Source: an uncultured Spirochaetota bacterium
GTDB lineage: Bacteria; Spirochaetota; Spirochaetia; SZUA-6; Fen-1364
Reading direction: 5' to 3'
Assembly: GCA_963781885.1 (NCBI GenBank)
Contig: CAWAHW010000001.1
Span: 64,001-128,000 of the forward strand
DNA length: 64,000 nucleotides
Shown here in pieces: positions 19,874-30,685 of the stretch (positions are counted from its first letter, which is position 1; the number at the start of each line of letters is the position of its first letter). The position numbers and the translations under genes were made by a program. The notes beneath the pieces were generated by a model. It was not told where the DNA came from. It saw only the letters and a program-made list of their open reading frames with translations, and did no database searches.

Positions 19874-20406
19874 GACGGGCCTCCCTGTTTCGATTTCACG
19901 GCGACGGGAACGCCGCTCACGAGGAGATAGACCTCGTCGGCACCCGCTGCCAGCACCTGGTTCGCCCGGCCGGCGCAGTCGCGGAACCTGCGGCTCAACT
20001 CGTTGTCGGGGACGATGCCAGAGCCGACCTCGTTGGTGACGATAATGACGTCCCCGGTCCCCCGCGCGGCATCCAGGAGCGCCACGGCGTGGCGCGCGGC
20101 GTCGGTCTCACCGAAGGAAGCGTCCGCGAGCAGGAGATTGGAGATCCAGAGCGTCACGCAGTCCACGACGATGGTGCCTGCCGTGCCGCGCGCCGCGGCC
20201 AGTGCGGCCGGCACATTCACCGGCTCCTCCACCAGCCCCCAGTCCGCGGGACGCGCCGCGCGGTGCGCCGTGATGCGGCGGCGCATCTCGTCGTCAAACG
20301 CCTGTGCGGTGGCAAGGAAAAGGCGCGGCGGCTGCCCGCGGCCGGCGAGCTTCTGCGCAAAGCCCGACTTGCCGCTCCTGCTGCCCCCCGTGACGAGCGT
20401 CACCAT
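19870..20406 (-). CDS. cobU: Adenosylcobinamide kinase / cobinamide-phosphate guanylyltransferase
   Basis: LVTGGSRSGKS, DDEMRRRI..H...R, DCVTLW, TNEVGSGIVP...RRFRD. Confidence 0.96.
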   Translation of the reverse strand: MVTLVTGGSRSGKSGFAQKLAGRGQPPRLFLATAQAFDDEMRRRITAHRAARPADWGLVEEPVNVPAALAAARGTAGTIVVDCVTLWISNLLLADASFGETDAARHAVALLDAARGTGDVIIVTNEVGSGIVPDNELSRRFRDCAGRANQVLAAGADEVYLLVSGVPVAVKSKQGGPS

Positions 20407-20418
20407 GAAAGCATCTCC

Positions 20419-21204
20419 TCAAGCGCCGAGAAGGGAGGCCAGGAAGTATTCCACGGAAAAGACCTCCAGCGAGAGGCTGCCCCGATAGTTTTCTTCTTTC
20501 AGGACAGCGCCGATCCGCGCCCGCGTTCCCGGGTCCAGGGCCGAAAGAGGCAGGTGGTCCTTCTGCCCTTGCACGCCGTGAAGGTGCACCATCGTGATGG
20601 ACCCCCGGAACGATTCGAAGAAGGCTCCGACGTCCCGGCCCGCGGCAAGCAAATGGCCGATGTCGATGCAGACGGAGAAGCCCAGGGCCGCAAGCAGGTC
20701 TTTCACATCCCGCAGGTCCCAGTCCAGCGTTTCCACGGAAAACCGGGAGCGCGGCTCTGGCAGGAGCGAAAGGGACTTGGCGACCCGCGCGCGCCAGGCT
20801 GCCAGGTCTTCCATCGCGGGGCGCGGCACGTGAAGGACGAACGTGGACACCGAAAGCGGCGCGGCCAACGCGAGCACGCGGCCTATTGTATCGTGCGCCC
20901 GCGCGCGTGCCGCCGGGTCCGCCGATGCAAGGTCGATGTCCAGGGGGAGGTGCACGTTCAGCTTCAAGCCTGCGGGAGCCGCGTGCGACGCGATGAGGGC
21001 GATCTCCTCCTCCAACGGCAGGCTGCAGCTCCCTCTGCTTTCGAAAAGCAGGAGCTCCACCTCATCGACTACCGCGGCCAGACGTTCGACATTGTATGCC
21101 CAGCCCGCCTGGTAGAGGAATGAAGGCACACCGAAAGAAAAGGGGAAACGTCCCTTGCCCGACCAGGAAATGGCGGGCGCATCCACGTCAAGGTCATGCG
21201 GCAT
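20419..21204 (-). CDS. cbiR: Cobamide remodelling phosphodiesterase CbiR-like (AP endonuclease 2 / TIM barrel)
   Basis: FG.PSF......NV..L...VDEVELLLFES, NVHLPLD, VLH, SVET, CIDIGH, VHLHG...DHL, LEVF; sits between cobQ and cobU. Confidence 0.8.
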   Translation of the reverse strand: MPHDLDVDAPAISWSGKGRFPFSFGVPSFLYQAGWAYNVERLAAVVDEVELLLFESRGSCSLPLEEEIALIASHAAPAGLKLNVHLPLDIDLASADPAARARAHDTIGRVLALAAPLSVSTFVLHVPRPAMEDLAAWRARVAKSLSLLPEPRSRFSVETLDWDLRDVKDLLAALGFSVCIDIGHLLAAGRDVGAFFESFRGSITMVHLHGVQGQKDHLPLSALDPGTRARIGAVLKEENYRGSLSLEVFSVEYFLASLLGA

Positions 21205-22617
21205 CAATCGTCCTGCTCCATCCCGAGGTCGTGACAAGCCCTGCCACCTTGTCCAGCTCCGCGTCGATTCGGGCCCGCCAGTCCTCTGATCGGCCCTTCC
21301 ATCCCAGGCGACGGAGAAAGCTGTCCCGATAGTCGGTGTTCTCGAACAGCCCGTGCAGGTACACGCCGCGGACGCTGCCCTGCTCCCAGCCCAGGTCATC
21401 TTCGAGGTGGAGCCCGGGCAAGCGGCCCTGTCACGGTCCGGCCATGGTGGATTTCATATCCTTCCACCATGCCGCCCGGGACCCAGCGGACCTTCCGCTG
21501 CCGGGTGGTCTTTTCCCGCTCGAGAGTCGTCACGAGGTCCAGGAGACCGAGGCCTTCGATATCGCCGGACTCCAGGCTCTCCGGGTCGTCGATGCGGCGC
21601 CCAAGGAGCTGCATGCCGCCGCAGACCCCCATGACGGGTGTGCCTTTCCGCGCGGCCTCGGCCACTTCGGCGAAAAGACCGTTCTCCCGCATCCAGCGAA
21701 GGCTCGCGGCGGTGTTCTTGCTGCCGGGCAGGATGACGGCCTCATACGCATCGAGCCGCGCAAAATCGCGTATCGGCACCACCGAGACGCCGCGCTCGTA
21801 GACGAGCGGATCGAACTCGTCGAGATTGCTCGCATAGGGGTAGGCGATGAGGGCGATATTGACGTGCCCGACAATGGGCTGCGCGCGATGGTGCAGCGTG
21901 TCCTCTTCCGGCAGCGCATGGGGGACCAGCGGGACGATGGCGACCGTCGGCACCCCGGTCCTGTCCTGCAGCCATTCCATGGCATTGCCCAGGAGCGCGG
22001 CATCGCCGCGAAACTTGTTGAGCACGAATCCCCGGATGAGCGCCCGGTCCTCCGGCTCCAGGCACGACCAGGTGCCAAGGAGGTGGGCGAAAGAGCCGCC
22101 GCGGTCGATGTCGGAGACAAGGTAGACGTCGGCGCCGCATTCCCGCGCGACGCTCATGTTCACGATGTCTCCCTGCCGCAGGTTGATCTCCGCGGGGCTT
22201 CCGGCTCCCTCGATCACCACTTGCTCGTAGTCTTCGATCAGATCCCCGTAGCGCCTCCCACACGATGGGCCACAGGCGATCCCGGCGCGCATTCCACGGC
22301 AGCGCCGTGATCGCGTGATCGAGCCTGCCCATGACGATCACCTGGCTGAAGGTATCCGCGCTCGGCTTGAGGAGCACCGGGTTCATGCGCGCCTGGGGCG
22401 CCGTGCGCGCCGCCAATGCCTGGAGGTACTGGGCGCGTCCCATCTCCAGGCCTTCCGCGGTGACGGCCGCATTGTTGCTCATGTTCTGCGCCTTGAAAGG
22501 CGCCACGCGGACACCCCTGTTGGAGTAGTGCCGGCACAGGGCCGCCACCAGGAAGGATTTCCCGGCATCACTGGTGCAGCCCATGACCATGACGGGCTTC
22601 TTCGCTCCGCGATCCAT
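21194..22617 (-). CDS. cobQ: Cobyric acid synthase (frameshifts near 22250 and 21415)
   Basis: [27 protein letters not shown] | [39 protein letters not shown] | [10 protein letters not shown] across three frames. Confidence 0.93.
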
Positions 22618-22640
22618 GTCCGGCGCTCCGGCCCGACCGC

Positions 22641-23588
22641 TCAGGGGAACAGCGTCGGGTAGGCCGTGCGCGCCAGCCATTCCACGGACGAGGCGATGTA
22701 CTGTGAGATCGCGCTCTTCAAGTTCTCCGGCATCATGTACACCCGCTTCGCTTTCACCGCGGTGAGATCCCTGAACGCCGGGTCCCCCACGACCTGGGCA
22801 TAGAAGGATGAGGCGCCCTTCGGGTCGCCGTAGACCCAGCCGGGCAGGATGAGGATGTCAGGGTCGAGCTGGAGGATTCTCTCCTTGGACACGGGCACCT
22901 GTCCCCACTGGTCGGGCGTGATATCGGCCACGGCATCGATGAGACCGGCGCGCCGGATGATCTCGTCCCACGAGCTTCCGCTGCCCTGTGCCGACCCCCA
23001 CGTCGCATAGTCGATGACCCGGAGCTTCTTTTGCGCGGGCAGCGTGGAAACCCTGTCCTTCACCGCCGCGAGCCGGGCCTCCATGGTGGCAATGATCTCC
23101 CGCGCCTTTGGCTGGTCTCCCGTCATGAGGGCGAGCCTGTTGATCTTCTCTTCGATCGCGGCCACCGAGAGGCCGCTCGCCATCAGGTAGACGGGCACGC
23201 CCGCATCGCGAAGCTGCTTCACCGCCGCGGCGTCGCTCCAGTTGGCGACGATCGCGAGATCGGGTGAGAGGGAGATGATTGTTTCGACGCTCAGGGTGAG
23301 CTTGTTCGGGATGGCCGCCGCTTGCACGGCGACATTGGAAACCTGCGGATCGATGGCGAAGGTGGTCACGCCGATCAGCCTGCTCCTGTCCACGAGAGAA
23401 AGGAGGATCTCGTCCGTGAACAGGGTGAGCGAAACGATCCTGCGCGGCTGCGCGGTAAGGGTGATCGCATTCCCCACGTCATCGGTGACGGTGAGCGGGT
23501 AGCGGGTCTGCTGCTGCGCGGCAAGCCCCGCGGCACAGAGGCACAGCAGAGCGACGAGGAGAACGCCGAAGAGACGCCGGGTTTTCAT
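22641..23588 (-). CDS. btuF: Corrinoid ABC transporter substrate-binding protein (BtuF-like)
   Basis: Signal peptide; [12 protein letters not shown]...[31 protein letters not shown]; first gene after the B12 riboswitch. Confidence 0.85.
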   Translation of the reverse strand: MKTRRLFGVLLVALLCLCAAGLAAQQQTRYPLTVTDDVGNAITLTAQPRRIVSLTLFTDEILLSLVDRSRLIGVTTFAIDPQVSNVAVQAAAIPNKLTLSVETIISLSPDLAIVANWSDAAAVKQLRDAGVPVYLMASGLSVAAIEEKINRLALMTGDQPKAREIIATMEARLAAVKDRVSTLPAQKKLRVIDYATWGSAQGSGSSWDEIIRRAGLIDAVADITPDQWGQVPVSKERILQLDPDILILPGWVYGDPKGASSFYAQVVGDPAFRDLTAVKAKRVYMMPENLKSAISQYIASSVEWLARTAYPTLFP

Positions 23589-23677
23589 GGGACCTCCTGC
23601 AAAGAAACGCGTGCAGGCAGGGTATCGGCGGGATGCGTCGCGCTGAGCGCGAGCGGCCGACGGCCCTGTGTGCCGAG

Positions 23678-23843
23678 GCCCCAACGTCTCCTGACTTCCG
23701 GGTCACCCTCCCGCCCCGCCTTCCCAGCCTTTCCCTCCCGGGGAAAGCCAGTGGCATTCAGGGGCGCTCGTCACCGGTCACAGTGGCGCGTCCGCGGCGG
23801 ATTCTCACCGCCTTCCGTTCGAGGCCGCACACGAGCTTGGCGC
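23678..23843 (-). ncRNA. Cobalamin riboswitch
   Basis: Minus strand reads GGAAGGCGGTGAGAATCCGCCGCGGACGCGCCACTGTGA...GCCACTGG...GGGAAGG...AAGTCAGGAGAC (B12 box), upstream of the btuF-cob operon. Confidence 0.92.
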
Positions 23844-23858
23844 GGGGGAGGGAACCTG

Positions 23859-24829
23859 TCAAGGGCCGGGATAACATTCGTCGGGCAGGAGGACCACGGA
23901 GAAACTGCTGCGCATCGCCCGGCGGCTGTGGAAGCAGAGATCGCATTCGTCGCGGAAGGTGCGTGGGGCCGGAGCCTGGCCCCTGTCCACTGCCATGCGG
24001 TACAGGCCGATGGGACCTTCTTCCGCGAGCGCCCGGGTGATCGGGTTGGCGCGCGGATCGTAGCGCTCGAGCAGCCTGGCAAGCGGCGCATCGCGCAAAT
24101 TGCCGATCGCGATGCCGTAGCAAATCATCACATTGCCGTACGGGTCGATCCAGATCATGCGCGGATCGAATGGCCCCGTCTCCCCCAGGCACGTCGCGAG
24201 ATCCCGGCAAGGACCGTCCGGCAGACCCTGCATCCGGTTTTCGCCGAGGCGTGCCCCGCGGCCGATGGGTCGGATCGGTATTTCCGCGACGGGAAGCCCG
24301 GTCCTTTCAGACACGCCGTGTGCCAGGGCCCGGGAAGCCCGGTTCGTGGCATCCGCTTCCGCCGCATCACCGGGCAGGAGAGAGAGCACGAGCCACGAGT
24401 GCCGGCGCATGCCCGCCTCCGCGACTGCGGCCGCGGCATTCTCCAGGGCAGCGGATGAAACGCCCGGCTGGTGAAAGGCGTCGATGCTGAGAGAGATGCC
24501 GCTCACGCCGCGGCCGCGCGCCTCTGCGACGACGCTCCGCGCCCGGACTGCATCTGCTCCCCAGTACCCGTTTGATGCGATGCCGATGTCGCCGTATGGC
24601 GCGCGCGCGTCGCGTCCAGGAGCCGCAGGAGCCGCGCAGCGTCGAGGAATGGCTCCCCTCCGGTGAAGTGTATCCATCGCAGCGGCCGATCGAGTGATTC
24701 CAGCGCCGCCTCGACGGTCCGCGGCTCCAGCGACCCGGCGGACGCGCGGCCGTCGAAGAAGCAATGCGCGCAGGAGAGATTGCACCGATACGTGACGATG
24801 AAGGCGATGCCTTCCAGTGCGAGCCCCAT
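23859..24829 (-). CDS. Radical SAM protein with C-terminal Cys-rich (SPASM/twitch-like) region (frameshift near 24605)
   Basis: TYRCNLSCAHC, FTGGEPF, ASNGYW, SIDAFH, IDPYGNVMIC, DECDLC. Confidence 0.88.
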
Positions 24830-25040
24830 TGGTCCGCGAGCATAGTAATCCCGCCGACCGCCATCAAGGGGGCGCGAGAAGGCGTCGAGCGGCAGAGGCC
24901 GTCCTCTTGCGATCACCTCCATAAGACGTGATATAATTCAACGCGGCTGAGTCCGACACCCGCCAAACACATCACAGCCGCGAATGAATTGGCGAGCATT
25001 CGGAAAAATAGACTGTTTCGTCGATTGAAAAGAGGCTGCC

Positions 25041-27311
25041 ATGAAAAAACCGGCGTTTTCGACGCGCATTTCGTGTCTTGCCCGATTTACATGGTGGGTG
25101 ATCTTCACCGCGATCCTGGCCGCCCCGATCGCAGCTCAGAACAATCCGGATTCGGGCGAGGCACGAATCGCGTTGGTCATAGGCAACGGCGCGTACCTCA
25201 ATGCGCCGCTCAAGAACCCGCCCAATGATGCAAGAGACATGGCCGCGGCGCTGCAGAATCTCGGCTTTTCCGTCACCCTGCTCGTGGATGGCGACTTTGC
25301 CGGCATGAACCGCGCGATCCGGGATTTTGGAAACGCGATAAGACGCACGGACGCGGTTGCCCTTTTCTACTTCTCGGGCCACGGCGTGCAATACCAGGGA
25401 GCAAATTACCTGATACCCGCGCATGCCGACGTTGAAGGGGCCGACGAGCTGCCATATTCCGCGGTCAACGCGGAGCAGGTGTACGCGAAGATGGAAGAGT
25501 CGGGCGCCAAGACGAACCTCATCATTCTCGACGCCTGCCGCAACAATCCGTTCCCCGGATCCGAACGCGCCCTGGACCGGGGCCTCGCCGTGGTCAGCAA
25601 CGTGCAGCCGCCGCGTTCCCTCATCGTCTACTCCACCGCCCCCGGGAAGACTGCCCAGGACGGAGAAGGCCGCAACGGCGTCTTCACGACCGCCCTTCTC
25701 AAGCATCTAGCAGATCCGGGGCTCGACGCAGAGCTCATGATCCGCCGGGTTCGCGAAGACGTGATCGCCTCCACGGCCGGAGCACAGGTTCCCTGGAACA
25801 ACTCGTCGATCACCGGGGAAGGCTTCTTCTTCGCGGGTCGCGGCGAGATCGATGTGACCACCGATCCCACGGGAGCCGAGATATCGCTGAATGGCGAGCG
25901 CCGCGGGCTTTCTCCCCTTCAGCTCACCGATGTCCCGCGTTTTGGCGACGTCGAGGTCACCGCGCGGTTGAACAATCAGAGCGCAACGCGCCGGCTTTCG
26001 CTTCGCGACGTCGCTTCGATGAGACTCGATCTCAAGCTGCAGACCGAGCAGGGAAGCCTTGCCATCAAGGCAAATGAAGCGAAGTTTTCCGTGCTTCTGG
26101 ATGGCGTGGCAATGACAGTCTCCCCATCCGGCGTGCTGGAGGGGCTGGGAGTCGGGCCGCACAGCCTGGAGGTAAGGGGAGACTCCAGCGTCTACCAAGG
26201 CAGCGTCTCGGTCGCGAGCGGGAAAATGACCATCGTCGCGGTCACCCTTGTTCCCTGCGGATCGCTCACTCTGAATCTGCCGGCGGACACTGTGTGCAGA
26301 ATCGAAGGCGCGGGAATAGCGGACAGCAGCGCCCGCAAGGATTACGGTCAGGTGCCCGCCGGCGACTATCGCTTGACCGTGACCGGAGGCGGTTACGAGT
26401 CATATGTGGAAAGCGTCACGGTAAAAAGGGCTCAGGCGTATCAGTTCACGCCACGTCTTCGGTTCACGGCAGCGTATCTGACCGCGAAATATGGCGCACA
26501 GCTCGATGCCCTTTCGCTGGTGGAAAAGCGCAGTTACGTGGACCAGCTCGATGTCGACCAGGTGGCGGCATTCCAGAAAAGCATCACGGACGAAGCGCGT
26601 CCCGAGCTCCAACCGCTCTTCGATCGAGCCGAAGAGCTGAAGACGCGCCTGACTTCGGTGCTCGCGCGCCAGGCTTCTGCCGCACAGGGAGAGGGCACGA
26701 TGCCCGCTCAAGGCCCGAAGGAGCTGTACCTGGCTTACTCCACAGAGCTTAGCGGGTATTCAAACCTTGAAAAAAGCACGGCGCTTACCCAGAACGACAT
26801 GGACAAAGTGGCGGCATTCGTTCTCAAGGCGCTTGCCCAGCCATACGAGGATTTCCAGGAGCTAGGAAAGCAGGCGGATGACCTCAAGACGAGGCTCGTC
26901 GTTCTGAAGGCCGCGCAGGATCGAAAAGCTCAGTATGACACTCTCGTCCAGCAAAAGGCGGCGGCTGCAAAGAATTACAAGGACGCGGTGACCAAAGGGA
27001 AGTTTCTGTCCACGATGGGGTGGTGGTTCGTGGTGCCGGGTGGCCTCAGCCTTGTGACCTCTGGAGTCTTTCTTGTCCTTGGCTTGAATGTTGCCCCCCA
27101 ATACTACGCCGCGACGACGATGAAGGACGCAACGACGCTTGGCGGCCAATTGAAGCTTTACCAGGAGACGATGGATCTTGCGGCCGGCCTTGGCCTCGGC
27201 TTGGGTGGGCTGGGCTCGCTATTCCTTGCAACAAGACCGAATCCAAAACCCCTACAGGAAGCGATAGACCGCCTGGATCAGCAGATAGCCTCTTTTGGAG
27301 ACACGAAATGA
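25041..27311 (+). CDS. Secreted caspase-like peptidase C14 with PEGA repeats and C-terminal hydrophobic hairpin
   Basis: Signal peptide; ALVIGN, LKNPPNDA, FYFSGHG and ILDACRNNPF (His-Cys dyad intact); PEGA-like VTTDPTGAEISLNG..GLSP; two C-terminal Gly-rich hydrophobic segments. Confidence 0.92.
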   Translation: MKKPAFSTRISCLARFTWWVIFTAILAAPIAAQNNPDSGEARIALVIGNGAYLNAPLKNPPNDARDMAAALQNLGFSVTLLVDGDFAGMNRAIRDFGNAIRRTDAVALFYFSGHGVQYQGANYLIPAHADVEGADELPYSAVNAEQVYAKMEESGAKTNLIILDACRNNPFPGSERALDRGLAVVSNVQPPRSLIVYSTAPGKTAQDGEGRNGVFTTALLKHLADPGLDAELMIRRVREDVIASTAGAQVPWNNSSITGEGFFFAGRGEIDVTTDPTGAEISLNGERRGLSPLQLTDVPRFGDVEVTARLNNQSATRRLSLRDVASMRLDLKLQTEQGSLAIKANEAKFSVLLDGVAMTVSPSGVLEGLGVGPHSLEVRGDSSVYQGSVSVASGKMTIVAVTLVPCGSLTLNLPADTVCRIEGAGIADSSARKDYGQVPAGDYRLTVTGGGYESYVESVTVKRAQAYQFTPRLRFTAAYLTAKYGAQLDALSLVEKRSYVDQLDVDQVAAFQKSITDEARPELQPLFDRAEELKTRLTSVLARQASAAQGEGTMPAQGPKELYLAYSTELSGYSNLEKSTALTQNDMDKVAAFVLKALAQPYEDFQELGKQADDLKTRLVVLKAAQDRKAQYDTLVQQKAAAAKNYKDAVTKGKFLSTMGWWFVVPGGLSLVTSGVFLVLGLNVAPQYYAATTMKDATTLGGQLKLYQETMDLAAGLGLGLGGLGSLFLATRPNPKPLQEAIDRLDQQIASFGDTK

Positions 27312-28279
27312 GGAACAAACAATCGTTTGTCATCCTTTTAGTTGTAATTTTATTGGCGGTTGCCTTGTGCGGTTGTACCTTTTGGACTCTGAACAATCCC
27401 TTTGATGCGGATGTAACTCATGCCGCGACTGTCACAATCCTTGCGGGAAGCAAAGGCATTTCTGGAAGCGTGGATGGGACCGGAGCTTTGGCGCAGTTCA
27501 ACTACCCCCGGGAAATTTGCAGCGACGGAGCAAATCTCTATGTACTGGATGACAGCGCAATCAGGAAAATAGTCGCCGCAACGGGCGTCGTCACGACGGT
27601 ATGCCTTGGCGCGTTCGATGGAAGCATCTGCACGGACGGAACCACGCTTTTCCTGTCAAATAGCTACAGCAATTGCATCTATGAGGTGCCGCTCGCAACG
27701 GGGGTTCCCTCGATATACGCCGGCTCTTCCACGCCGGGGACAACCGATGGTACCGGTACAGCCGCGCGGTTCAACGGTCCTGCTGGAATTTGCACGGATG
27801 GGTCCAAGCTCTACGTAGCAGACAAAGGCAACAACAGCATCAGGCAGATCGACATAGCAAGCGCGGTCGTCACAACGATTGCGGGAAGTACGTCCGGTCA
27901 AAGCGGAACAACCGACGGCATCGGCAATTCGGCCTTGTTCAGTGGTCCTTTCAACGTTTTTTTGGTCGGCAACAACCTCGTCGTCTGCCAAAGCACCTAC
28001 TCCTACGAATTACGGATCATTCTGCTGTCAACGATGTCCGTCTCAACGCAAAGCTTGTTGGGCAGCGGGCAAAGTATTACTGGGTCGGCTTATGATGGGA
28101 ACCAATTCGTGTATGGAGTCGGTGACGGTGAAATTGGCAAAATTGACACATCGAGCTGGTACGGCCTTGCTGCCAATATGACCGGGTATTCCGCCTCTTC
28201 GCTCTGCGTGGCCGGATCTGACGTCTTCATTACCGACAGCGCCAATGATGTGGTTCTGAAACTGGTGAGCATCGAATAG
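27308..28279 (+). CDS. NHL-repeat beta-propeller lipoprotein
   Basis: ATGA-coupled to the caspase gene; lipobox ALCGC; repeated AGS...DGTG..A.FN.P..I.TDG..LYV.D. Confidence 0.85.
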   Translation: MRNKQSFVILLVVILLAVALCGCTFWTLNNPFDADVTHAATVTILAGSKGISGSVDGTGALAQFNYPREICSDGANLYVLDDSAIRKIVAATGVVTTVCLGAFDGSICTDGTTLFLSNSYSNCIYEVPLATGVPSIYAGSSTPGTTDGTGTAARFNGPAGICTDGSKLYVADKGNNSIRQIDIASAVVTTIAGSTSGQSGTTDGIGNSALFSGPFNVFLVGNNLVVCQSTYSYELRIILLSTMSVSTQSLLGSGQSITGSAYDGNQFVYGVGDGEIGKIDTSSWYGLAANMTGYSASSLCVAGSDVFITDSANDVVLKLVSIE

Positions 28280-28394
28280 CAAAGGATTCCCGCACTGACG
28301 CGCCTCCCCGGCTGATCCCAGCAGTAATTGGCGAGGTGTCCCGGTGATTTGTCTCATTTGGACCGGTGGCATACCTTGATCTTTCATATGCCTC

Positions 28395-30685
28395 TTAATG
28401 CGGATGGACAACGACGAGGTATTGCGGCCCTGTTCCAGCGGGGAAGGGGGAGCCGCTGACAGCGGTCAGCGCTCCAGTGGTGCCCTCGATCTTGTAGGCC
28501 GAGACGTTACCGGAAGCCATAGTTCGCAACATAGAGGAACTTGCCCGTGGGATCAACAACGAGCTGATCAGGCGCTGTTCCTGCCAGGAAGGCGGAGCCG
28601 CTGACAGCGGTGAGCGCTCCAGTGGTGCCGTCTATCTTGTAGGCCGAAATACTGTTGTCATCGGTGTTCGCTATATAGAGGAAATTGCTTGTGGGATCAA
28701 CAACGAGGTATTGGGGCCCTGTTCCTGTAGAGAAAGGAGAGCCGCTGACAACGGTTAGCACTCCACTCGTGCTATTGATCTTGTAGGCCGAAACGCTATC
28801 GGAACCGTTGTTTGACACATAAAGAAACTTGCCCGTGGGATCAACAGCAAGTCGATCTGGGTCGGTCCCCGCAGGGAAGGGCGAGCCGCTCGCGGCTGTC
28901 AGGGCTCCAGTGGTGCTATTGATCTTGTAGGCCGAGACGGTACTGTCGCCCAGTTCGCCACATAAAGGAACTTGCCCGTGGGATCAACAACGAGATGGCG
29001 AGGCAATCCTCCCGCGCCATAGGGGGAGCCGCTCACGGCCGTCAGGGCTCCAGTGGTGCCGTTGATCGTATAGGCTAAAACTTGATTGGCGCCGTTCGTT
29101 GCGTAGAGAAACTTGCCCGTGGGATCGACGATAAGCTCATCCAGCACACTGACGCCGTATAGAAGGGAGAGCCGCTCATGGCCGTCAGTGCTCCGGTGGT
29201 GCCATTGATCGTGTAGGCGGAGACGCGGGTGTCCACATAGAGAAACTTGCTTGTAGGATCAACGACCAAGTATTGGGGCTCTATTATTCCCGAGAAGGGA
29301 GAACCATTGACAGCCGACAGCACTCCGTTTGCGCTATTGATCGCGTAGCCGGAGATATTATTAGAAGCGAAATTCGCTGCATAGAGAAATTTGACCGCAG
29401 GATCAACGACAAGACCTTCAGGCTCTGTTCCTGCAGAGAAGGGGGAGCCGTCGACAGCCGTCAGCGCTCCAGTCGTGCTATTGATGACGAAGGCAGAGAT
29501 GTTATTTGAGCTCAAATTCGTAACATAAAGCGCCTCTGCGTACATGAAGTTCGCCTGAATAGTCGCGGCGCTGCCTGTGAAGGTAACCGTTGTACTGGCA
29601 CTGTTGGGATCGCCGAATGTTGCCGCACCGCTGCTCAACGTCCAGTTTTGGAAGAAGTAGCCGAGATTCGGGGTTGCGCTGATGGGAATCGGTGAGCCGG
29701 TAGTCTGGAGACCGCTGCCTGGGCTTGTCGTGCCATTTCCATCGCTTTGCACTGTCAGTGAATATTGAATCTTATAGATCGCGGGAATCACCGCAGAGTT
29801 CTGCCAGCCCGATTTATACGCCATGGCGTTGACAGTCTCGCTGGTGGAGACTGAGACACTTGCTGGCGATGGGACTCCGCCCGAAGCGGGAGGGTTTGAT
29901 CCATCCGTAGTATAGCTGATTGAGGATCCTGGTGTCGTCGAGTAAATCGAAAGGCTTTGAGCGCCAGAATACGTTCCCGCATTCGGGCTGAACGTCGGTG
30001 CCGCCACTTGAAGCGTATATATCGCACTGTTGACCGGTGAGTCGGCCATCAAGCTCTTGTAGGCGATTGCCGTCAAGGTCATGCTTGAAGAAACCGTCAC
30101 CGTCACCGGGGCAGGAGCTCCACCAGACGAGGGTGGTGTCGACCCGTCTGTGGTATAGCTGACGTAGGCTCCAGAAGTTGTCGTTGAGATGTTTACGCTT
30201 AGCATGACGTCAGAGGTTTCTGCTCCGGGGCTGAAAAGCGGCGTGGATACCTGGTCGTAGTTGATCTTGTAGGTTTGTTGAGCGGGTGCAGAATCCGTCA
30301 TTCCCGATTTGGTGCCAATCGCCTTTATCGTCATCACTGTCCCATTCCCCGTCACGGATATCGGCCCGCTGTAGGTCGTCGCGGAGAACGTCGGGGTTGA
30401 GCCATCAGTAGTGTAGTGAATGGCGGCTCCAGAGGTGGAGCAGGTGATCGTGACCGCGGTTGCGCCCGTCATGTCGCTCGAGGATGAGTAGATGCCTCCT
30501 GTCGCCGCAGGGCTGATCTGGGGAGTGGCCACAATCTCCCCGCTGCTCTGAGCAGAATGCACCTTGTCCTGCACATCCAGAAGCAAGGCGCTAGGCGGAC
30601 AAGAGAGGACCAGCGAAGCGGTTGCGACAACGACCCCGACGAAAAGAATGCGCTTGGCTTTTTGCCATCGCCCACTTGAGTTCAC
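28395..30685 (-). CDS. Lipoprotein: 3x CHB_HEX/Fn3-associated repeats + InlB-B-like repeat + 8-blade lactonase-like beta-propeller (copy A; frameshifts near 29145, 28950, 28515)
   Basis: GTG start; lipobox SLVLSC; TP.FSP...YTTDGS.P repeats; eight ~48-aa VVDPTGKFLYVAN...SAY.IN.TTGALTAVSGSPF blades; ends VVHPH-stop. Confidence 0.85.

Noticed and set aside
24940-24985. CGCGGCTG...CAGCCGCG hairpin at the island edge as an att site or ncRNA
   Set aside because: Only an 8-bp stem; I saw no matching copy at the other island end and no recognisable RNA motif.
25041-27311. Caspase as part of a gasdermin, CBASS or Avs-type anti-phage system
   Set aside because: It has a signal peptide, and there is no neighbouring gasdermin, cyclase, NTPase or TIR gene.
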